From: Octopus vulgaris
Lineage: Eukaryota
Assembly: GCA_951406725.2 (NCBI GenBank)
Contig: OX597838.1
Coordinates: 22,258,001 to 22,322,000 of the forward strand
Length of the DNA: 64,000 bases
Direction of reading: 5' to 3'
Within the stretch, counting starts at the first letter, position 1, and every line of letters starts with the position of its first letter. Shown here piece by piece: positions 53,748 through 64,000 of the stretch. A program made the position numbers and the translations under genes. The notes beneath the pieces were generated by a model, which did not search any database, was not told the DNA's origin, and saw only the letters and a list, made by a program, of their open reading frames with translations.

Positions 53748-53796
<49 letters not shown>

Positions 53797-53872
53797 GTTG
53801 TTGTTATTATCATTATTATTATTATTATTATTGTTGTTGTTATTATCATTATTATTATTATTATTATTGTTG

Positions 53873-53912
<40 letters not shown>

Positions 53913-54140
53913 TATTATTATTATTATTCTAAAGGTAAATTTATGTATGACCTGCATCTTGAACTTCGTGGCAATAATACCAGAGAATTGTTAACCAAAC
54001 AAGAATCTTTGTGTACAACTTTGAGATTTATAAGGAACCGATGAAGAAGTTCACCCACCTGAAATCAATCTTTCGCCTTACCCGATTCTGTTGTTTACTG
54101 TTGTTGTTACCGTTGTCGTCGTCGTCGTCGTTGTTGTTGC

Positions 54141-54190
<50 letters not shown>

Positions 54191-54563
54191 TTGTTGTTGT
54201 TGTTGTTGTTGTTTAGCCCCAGGTTAACAGTGAGTAATTTACATAGTCCAGTAACAACAACATGAAAGACAATGGTGAAATATGCAGATCGAATTGTTTA
54301 TTCATAAAACAAGAGAAAAAATTCCTTGTTGCTTAATCGAAAACACCATTTGTGTGTGCAGAGCAAACGAAAACGGAGAGGAAAAAAATGTGTGAAGGCT
54401 CACAAAAGAGAGTGAGATTCCAAAAACGCATGTGTGTGTGTGTGTGTGTATTTGAGGGAAAAAGTGATTTAAGTATGGATATCAAAAAAAAATGTAGCAG
54501 TTATCAAGTATTGCTGTGCAACTTGGTTATGACAGAGTAAGATATGAACCTCAAAAATCGAAT

Positions 54564-55212
54564 AAGAAACGTGTCGGTCCGATGTTAGCGGCGAGTTGTA
54601 CAAGTTTATCTAGATGGGTACTGATGAAAGGGTAAAAAGTCCCGAAACATGGCATATACGCCAATTAATCTTTTTTCATCTTCGATTTCATTGTTTGTTT
54701 ACTTCTGACGTCGCGGGTACGAAACGTCGTAACAAAAACCACTGCTAGCTATAATTTCTATACAATATCTGTTGAGATATTCTTAACAAGTGATGTAAAG
54801 CGCACTGCTAACACAGTAGAACACGGTTATTGACTTATAAAAAAACATTTAATATACTTTATAGTGTAATATGGTTACATAACAAAATACCACGTCCCTA
54901 CAAGTCATTAATATTTCCGTACCAGCTTCCAAGAATGCATCTAATAAGTAAAATTGGTACATCCAATAATGTTATACCGCAGTATTTAGTGGCTATTTAA
55001 GCAATGTGTTCGTGGATCGTTAAGGGGTTAGATGAGCGCTGATGAGAGGGCAAAATCTCCCGAAATATGGTATATACAGTCATTACCTTCTTTTATCTTT
55101 GATTTCATTGTTTGTTTACATCTGATGTCTCGGATACGAAACGTCGTAGCCAAAGTCAGTGCTGGATACAATTTCTACAAAATATCTGTAGAGATAACGT
55201 TAACAAGTTGAT
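54564..55212 (+). mobile_element. Two diverged ~210-250-bp direct repeats, each with a hammerhead core (retrozyme/pLTR-like)
   Basis: CTGATGA at 54621 and 55039, GGG/CCC stem II, GAAA at 54644 and 55062; downstream homology to TTAACAAG (54790 and 55208). Confidence 0.75.
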
Positions 55213-55544
55213 TTTTTTTACCTTTTAGCTGTTTCAGTCATTATACTGCAGCTATGCTGGGGCACAGTCTTGACGGATCTTAGTCGAACAAATCAACCCC
55301 AGTACTTATTTTTCAAAGTCTGGTACTTGTTCGGTCGATATCTTTGGCTTAATCACTAAGGCACGGAGACGTTAACAAACCAACACCGTTTGTCAAACGG
55401 TCTAGGGGTTACAAACAAAGAGACATAGGCACACATGCATATCATGCACGTGCGTTCCACTGTTGCTGAACAGTATTCAACTGTATAATGATTATTATAA
55501 GAACAATCTTCTACAATGGTAAATGAATACAAACTCAACAACTA

Positions 55545-55711
55545 GGCGCGGAAGTGGCTGTGTGGTCAGTAGCTTGCTCACGAACCACATAGTTCCGGGT
55601 TCAGTCCCACTGCGTGGCACCTTGGGCAAGTGTCTTCTACTATAGCCCCGGGCTGACCAATGCCTTGTGAGTGGATTTGGTAGACGGAAACTGAAAGAAG
55701 CCTATATATGT

Positions 55712-55746
<35 letters not shown>

Positions 55747-55966
55747 GTGTGTGTGTATATGTTTGTGTGTCTGTGTTTGTCCCCCAACATCGCTTAACAA
55801 CCGATGCTGGTGTGTTTACGTTCCCGTAACTTAGCGGTTCGGCAAAAGAGACTGATAGAATAAGTACTAGGCTTACAAAGAATAGGTCCTGGGATCCTCG
55901 ATTTGCTCGACTAAAGGCGGTGCTCCAGCATGGCCACAGTCAAATAACTGAAACAAGTAAAAGAGT
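55545..55966 (+). mobile_element. SINE family A, full length
   Basis: Near-consensus copy; an older minus-strand fragment lies at 55220-55430. Confidence 0.92.
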
Positions 55967-56319
55967 AACTAATAGGTGGTGTACGGTGCAGAAACATATG
56001 TTGCGATTTATGATAAAGGCTTGAAATTCTCCACTCCCATGTGTTATATATCCATGCATTTATTTATTTATGCATGCATGTATAGGGTGGGATTCCACAC
56101 AGTTTCCATCTACCAAATCATTCACAACGCATTAGAATGGTCTGGGGCCATAGTAGAAAATATTTGCCCAAGGTATCGCACAGTGGGTTTGAACTCGAAA
56201 TCATGTGATTGCAAAGCGAGCTTCATAACCACACAGCCATATCCAGATAGAAAATATATTTATTCAGAATACTTATCTTTCTGCAAAACCAGGAACTAGG
56301 AGAGATTATGACATAAAAG

Positions 56320-56500
56320 ACTACGTCTTTTTACTAATTTTATCTCTGGCTCTTGAGGAATCAACGGTTATATCTGATAATTTCGTGGCACCGTTGTGCA
56401 TTCTGGGAATTAGCAATAACTTGGATGCCAAGGAAGATTCAGAAGACATTGAGATCTATCATGTATTGACAGAATCAGACATGGCAGCAGTTACTGTTGT
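56320..56500 (+). pseudogene. hAT (SPIN/Charlie-like) transposase fragment
   Basis: LSLALEESTVISDNFVAPLCILGISNNLDAKED resembles the FSLALDESTDISD.AQL.IFIRG...F...EE motif around the first catalytic Asp. Confidence 0.55.
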
Positions 56501-56585
56501 TCAATCGGAAAACTAATGCTAACTTCGATGTTATGGAAGAAATCGCTCCTGAGAGCATCACTATATATATGGAGGAATAACTAAT

Positions 56586-57444
56586 ATTCTTTTATTCTTT
56601 TGCTTGTTTCAGTCATTTGACTGCGGCCATGCTGGAGCACCGCCTTTAGTCGAGGAAATCGACCCCAGGACTTATTCTTTGTAAGCCTAGTACTTATTCT
56701 ATCAGTCTCTTTTGCCGAACCGCTATGTTACGGGGACGTAAACACACCAGCATCGGTTGTCAAGCGATGTTGGAGGGGAAAACACAGACATACATATACT
56801 CTTTTACTCTTTTACTTGCTTCAGTCATTTGACTGTGGCCATGTTGGAGCACCGCCTTTAGTCGAGGAAATCGACCCCAGGACTTATTCTTTGTAAGCCT
56901 AGTACTTATTCTATCGGTCTCTTTTGCCGAACCGCTAAGTTACGGGGACGTAAACACACCAGCATCGGTTGTCAAGCGATGTTGGGAGAGGGGAGGGGGC
57001 AAACACAACACACAAACACACACACACATATATATATATACATATATACGACGGGCTTCTTTCAGTTTCCGTCTACCAAATCCACTTACATGGCTTTGGT
57101 CGTCCCGAGGCTATAGCAGAAGACGCTTGCCCAAGGTGCCACGCAGTGGGACTGAACCCGGAACCATGTGGTTCGTAAGCAGCCTACTTACCACACAGCC
57201 ACTCCTACGCCTATGTATGGAGGAATAACTTTATTCTTTTATTCTTTTGCTTGTTTCAGTCATTTGACTGCGGCCTTCCTGGAGCACCGCCTTTAGTCGA
57301 GCAAAAAGACCCCGAGGACGTATTCTTTGGAAGCCTAGTACTTATTCTATCGGTCTCATTTGCCTAGACGTTAAGTGACGGGGACGTAAACACACCAGCA
57401 TCGGTTGTCAAGTGATGTTGGGGATGACAAACACAAACACATGA

Positions 57445-57522
<78 letters not shown>

Positions 57523-57666
57523 CAATATACGACGGGCTTCTTTCAGTTTCCGTCTACCAAATCCACTTACAATGCTTTGGTTAGCCCGAGGTGCCACGCA
57601 GTGGGACTGAACCCGTAACCATGTGGTTGGTAAGCAAGCTACTTACCACACAGCCACTCCTATGCC
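56586..57666 (-). mobile_element. Tandem SINE family A cluster (3' half plus two full copies)
   Basis: 56586-56790 (3' half), 56798-57211 and 57232-57666; TSD TATGGAGGAATAACT at 56568-56582 and 57216-57230. Confidence 0.92.
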
Positions 57667-58308
57667 TACGTATAGTGAAATAGAAATAAAAGGGGAAAAG
57701 CAAGATGCTTTCCTTCGCAAGCTTGCTACCAAGCAGGTGTCCGGTGGTCAAGATTAACTCTAAATAAAAACGAGAAGGAGAACAAATACAGACAAACGCA
57801 CACATATACATGTGGGATATTTATATATATATATGTGAATCGATTTGAACATATTGATGCTAAGGAGATGTGAATAATAGTGTATATCACCGTGTGTGTG
57901 TGAGTGTGTGCGTGTGTATGTGTGTGAGAGAGAGAGAAACAGAGAGAGAGACAGAGAGGTGAGGAGCGAATGTGTACGTGACTGTGTATGCACCTCTAAT
58001 AGGCTGTTTAAACAGCTCTAACTCCTTCGTAACAATGCTTCGAAGCGGTGTTGTCATATTTATAAGCAGCGTGTGGCATATTATTTACAGTCCGTTGAAG
58101 GGATTGAACAAGTAAACTAATTAGGAAAGTTCCAAGCTCTTTACACTCATATATATATATATATATGCGTGTGTGTGTGTGTGTATGCATACATATATAT
58201 GTATATATGTGCATATATGCATATATATGAATAGGCAATTAAAGATATGATGTTATATATATATATGACTATAAATTATATATAAGCACATATATGTATA
58301 TATGTATG

Positions 58309-58339
<31 letters not shown>

Positions 58340-58463
58340 ATGTATATATGTATATATACAGGTATTCACGCTCACAGGCACTCAAAAACGCACACATACA
58401 GACAAACGACGCACACATATATTTCTGTATGTATGTATGTATGTATGTATGTATGTATGTATG

Positions 58464-58522
<59 letters not shown>

Positions 58523-58585
58523 GTCCAGGTACATGCGTACCCGCTTATACAGACTGATAGATAGACAGATAGATAGATAATTAGG

Positions 58586-58642
<57 letters not shown>

Positions 58643-58684
58643 TTCCTTGTGTATATTTGTATGCCTGTGCGTGTGTATATATAC

Positions 58685-58729
<45 letters not shown>

Positions 58730-58759
58730 CATCTATATATATATACATACATATGTATG

Positions 58760-58843
<84 letters not shown>

Positions 58844-61045
58844 CGTGTGTGTGTGTGTGTGTGTTTGATGGCATAGGGAAATATGCAAACATAATTTCAT
58901 GCCTGTTTACAGAAATTATCTCCAAACTGTATGCTCACATCAAACACCTACTCACTGGAGACACCACACGCAAACAGGAAGACGCAACACTAACACACCC
59001 ACGTACACATCCGTGTACGTGTACACAGGTGCGTCGAAAAATAATTGTAACTGACCAGACAGTCACGAAGATGACATTCAGCCTTTCACTAATGAAATAT
59101 CACGACTAATTATTGAATAAATATAATTACATATAAAAGTTTTCAAAATACAGCCACTCATATATACATACTTACATACATACATACATGTATAAATATA
59201 TACACACACACACATATATATACATATATACATACATATATACATGCATATATACATGTATATATACATACATGAATACGTACATACATTACATACGCAT
59301 ATATAAATATACATACATGCATACATACATACATACATGCATACGTACAAAGATACATACATACATACATGCTTGCATACGTATATACATACAGATGAAT
59401 ATATGTATATGTGTGTATGTAAATATGTGTGAGCATATCTGTGTGTGCGTGTATGTATGTACGTATATGTGTATGTATGTATTTATGTATGTATGTATGT
59501 ATGCATGTATGTATGTATGTATGTATGCATGTATGTATGCATGTATGTATGAATTATGTATGTATGCATGTATGAATGTATGCATGTATGTATGTATTTA
59601 TGTATGTATGTATATATGTATGTATGTGTGTATGTATGTATGCATGTATGTATGTATGTATGTATGTATGCATGTATGTATGTATGTATGTATGCATGTA
59701 TGTATGCATGTATGAATGAATGAATGTATGTATGTATGTATGTATGTATGTATGTATGTATGTATTAGCAATAGAGAAAGAACGAGTGAAACGTGGTATC
59801 ACTTTAGAGCATTTCATTTATAATTTAAACGTAGTGCAGAGTCGTTATAGGAAATACGTAAAGCCCCATACAGCTGTTTCTAGAACCACTAAGCAGGTAG
59901 AGCATATGCCAAGGTGTAAAGATTTCCACGAAAACTAACTACATAGAACACACAAGAGTAAAAAAAAAAGAGAGACAGGGACAGACAGAACAAAAGAAAA
60001 TGTCTCTCGCATTTGAAAGCTATGGAAATATTTTGAATATGGAAATATTTCTTTTAATTTTTCCACATTTTAATTGTTTTTCATGCTTTACTCTAAGTTG
60101 AAAAAGTCGCCAAGTCTGAAACCGGTACTAAAATGTTCTTCATGATAAAATTATTTTAACATTTTCTACCATGTTTTATTTTCCTTATATACATATATAT
60201 ATATTATATTAAATTAGAGATAAACCCACTATTAGGCAAATCAAACAGTGAAAATCATAAGCCAATACATAGAAATAAAATTAATTAAAAAATATATGAA
60301 AAATATAAAATATAAAATATAAAAATCCAATTAAAATATTTAAATTAAAGTTAAAATTTTTTTTAATTATTTAAATTAATTAATTAAATTAATAATTTAA
60401 ACTTATAAATTATAAATATAAATATATTTTTATATATAGTGTACATTTAAACACAAGGAATCCACTCGTTAGAAAGAACAGCTAGGTTCTATAACCACAA
60501 AAATTAGGGATAAAATTCGACAGGAACGAAATGAAGAATAAAAACATTTTACCATCAAGTTTCCTGGACTAATTGATTTCTGATTTTAGTTTAGCAATTA
60601 AATAAATAATATTTGCTCACGAGGTGAAATCGTCCTCGTTGCTTATATATTTAACTCAATTTTGTACTGAACTACGTTGAAGCGTCACGTATCCAACTGG
60701 TGCGCATGCGCAAGGAACAGATTGAAGTTAGCAACATATATCTGAGTGCTTAGGTTTCCGTGTGAACATAAACCTAAAGGGTATTTTTTGTGACCCTCAA
60801 TACATCCACATGCATATTTTTAAAACGCATTTTTGAAAATACTCTTCAAGTCTTCAGTATTTGAAATATTATTCTCTTCAGTTCAAAAATGATTACCAAT
60901 TTAAATTATTAATTATTTAATCTCTCAGTTTTAAAGGCTTTGATTTTCTGAATTAATTAATTATAAATTAAGAAAACTTACTTTCCAAATATACATGCAT
61001 ACATGCATATTTAAAGAACAATTATTTTACACACACAAACACACA

Positions 61046-61088
<43 letters not shown>

Positions 61089-61320
61089 TTATTTATTTAT
61101 ACATAGGAACCCTTAAACATACGCATATATGCATACATAAATATGTATGTGTATACGTTTATGTATTATATATGTATATATATATATATATATACATATC
61201 TATATATACATATATATATGCATATATATATATATATACATATATATATATGTGTGTATATATATGTATATATATGTGTATATATATATGTGTGTGTGTG
61301 TATGTGTGTGTATGTACATA

Positions 61321-61410
<90 letters not shown>

Positions 61411-61779
61411 TACATATATATATATGCGCATCCTCAGTTTATTTTCTCCTTAGCTGTTCAACATATGGCTTTCATATTTTCCATGCATGCATACATATGG
61501 AACTGTATAACAGAAGCGCGAAGAACTATGGAAAGAAAAAGACAGAGAGAGATGAGATAATCAGTTCGTATATCATGTAAATTTATCAAAAAAATGTTAT
61601 AAAATAAAACAACGAAATAACAGAAAGTGGAATTAAACGAAAATGAATTAACAACATGGCTTCCCATAATTTCGTTGATATAATTAAATCAACAAAACTG
61701 GCGAATATTTTCAGTAATCTATTTATTAACTATGTATTCCTCCCTCTCCCCTTCCTACTGCTCAAGATACATACATACA

Positions 61780-61812
<33 letters not shown>

Positions 61813-61823
61813 GTATGTAAGTA

Positions 61824-61866
<43 letters not shown>

Positions 61867-61929
61867 TCACATATATTGTTTTGTATGATCGTATATATAT
61901 ATACATACACATACATATATATGTATATA

Positions 61930-61976
<47 letters not shown>

Positions 61977-63045
61977 TTGTATAATCGTATATATATATAT
62001 TTATATATATGTATACGTATATATATATATATACACATATATTGTTTTGTATAATCGTATATATATACACATACATATATATGTATATATATGTATATAT
62101 ATGTATATATATGTATGTATATATATATATATATATATATATAAATCAAGAATACAGTCAAAGAGTATGAGGGGGTGAATATATTTATTTAACCACTTGT
62201 CATCCATTGGACTTTTGGCGTTTCGTAAGCGTCCGTCACGTAATAATAACTCCAGTTTAAGTTATATATTTACATAACTTCAAGTTATATTATTTACATA
62301 TCAGTAATAATGTGCACGCTGCGCATTATACAGTATAATTGTATATTTACAGATCAGTGCAGATAAAAGGAAAAAAACGCTAGCTCTTCAGATCAGCAGA
62401 ACATCGTGGTTACACCAACCCTTCAACGCTAATGTTGAATACATACATAATGTGTAGAGTATCAATACTAGATAAAATAAATATATTTTGTTTCATGTTA
62501 GTTATGATGGTGAGTCTAAGTAAAGGGAATCGTCTATCTTCGGTGTCAGCCAAACATTGCAGGAAGGGACAGGAGAGGCGGTAGTGTTGGGAAACTGACG
62601 TACTTTAAAAAGCATATAAGAGTACATATAGAAATACAATATAAAGGATTTTATAAGGAGCAGACAGCTGGAGATAGATGAGGTGTTGATAATATTTGTT
62701 TTGAAGCTCCATTTACTGGGTGATCCCAAGCACACAGATACAACCTGTCTTGTCTCAAATTTGTACTGAACTACGTTGAAGCGTCAAGTATCCAACTGGT
62801 GCGCATGCGCAAGGATCAGTAACGACAGTTGTTTTCAAATAGAGACACACGGTCAGAAGAACTCAAAATACTTTCTCCTCGATGGTGTGTCGTAAAACCA
62901 AAACAATATTCTCACCTACGTAGAAACAAACATAATCAGTGGCATACTAAACAAATACACGACCACACTCACACAGTTGTATCTTCTTACATTTATTAAT
63001 TTGCATACAGACTACACAGAAGCAAACAGTAATACATAAAAATAT

Positions 63046-63102
<57 letters not shown>

Positions 63103-63119
63103 CAGACAGATAGACAGAC

Positions 63120-63189
<70 letters not shown>

Positions 63190-63198
63190 GTAGGTAGG

Positions 63199-63275
<77 letters not shown>

Positions 63276-63385
63276 TGATTGATTGATTGATAGATAGATA
63301 GATAGATAGATAAGATAAGCTTACTTTGAAATGGATGCCTGGCGTTCAATCAAATATGCACATATATATTATATATATAAACTAT

Positions 63386-63830
63386 CATTCGATAAATTAT
63401 ACAAATTTCACATTTTATATCTCTGAAGAGCAGAAGAGTTATCTATAAATGCTTATCAAAATAGGATTCCATTATTTTATATTATTTAAGTCTAAAAAGT
63501 ATATTTGGAATACAGGAGAATATAATGGATTTTATACATAATTATAAAGGATTAACGCAGAAGACTTACCAAAGAGGCATATATGGATTTCAAGACTCTC
63601 ATACTAAAGTGTAATTACCAAAATCAAAAGCAGTAATTTTTCATTTATATTTCAAACAAACACCATTTTACAATATTAGTTCATACTTTTAAAAAAAGTA
63701 CCATTCGATAAATTATACAAATTTCACATTTTATATCTCTGAGGAGTAGAAGATTTGTCTATAAATGCTTATTAATATAGGATTCCATTATAGGGACAAC
63801 ACTTGTGTGAAACGATCGTAAGATGCTTTA
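63386..63830 (+). mobile_element. Penelope-like element 3' fragment with partial direct repeat and hammerhead motif
   Basis: ~90-bp repeat at 63386 and 63702; frameshifted RRLTKEAY/WISRL (GIY-YIG C-terminus-like) at ~63559-63599; atct-CTGAGGA-...-GAAAC-GATC-GTA-agat at 63735-63824. Confidence 0.7.
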
Positions 63831-64000
63831 AAAACTTAATTCGAAACTTTTAAACTGTCATATTTATTATTATATATCTTTTTTTATATATTTATATTTA
63901 TACATATTTACATATATTTTTATGTATATATTTATATTTTTAATACAACAATTATTCTACTCACGTATATATCTTTTTGAAGAATTTTTTAATATTGGTT

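Noticed and set aside
61867-62130. Repeat-spacer-like pattern ATTGTTTTGTATAATCGT x3, and tandem SINE B units, as a CRISPR-like array
   Set aside because: The spacers are TA microsatellite, there are no cas genes, and the context is eukaryotic; this is a local tandem duplication.

Overview
This is repeat-saturated, AT-rich eukaryotic DNA with no confidently identifiable host gene. The SINE sequences resemble those I recall from Octopus genomes, so a cephalopod origin is an inference. Almost all ORFs in the supplied track are microsatellite or SINE artefacts. Mobile content: several modular tRNA-derived SINE families (my labels A-E); two non-autonomous Helitrons; Tc1/mariner MITEs; decayed Tc1, mariner and hAT transposases; and 3' ends of CR1-like, R4/Dong-like and HERO-like LINEs. 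The most interesting signal is a dense set of short non-coding elements, many beside (TA)n tracts, that carry minimal type-I hammerhead ribozyme motifs with covarying stems. They come in three architectures: fold-back elements (one with a 14-bp TSD), a 418-nt-period direct repeat resembling a retrozyme, and a Penelope-like 3' end. SINE A shares its 3' hairpin tail with CR1-like LINEs in the same window. One SINE A copy is flanked by a ~122-bp duplication. Coordinates were counted by eye, and repeat boundaries are approximate.
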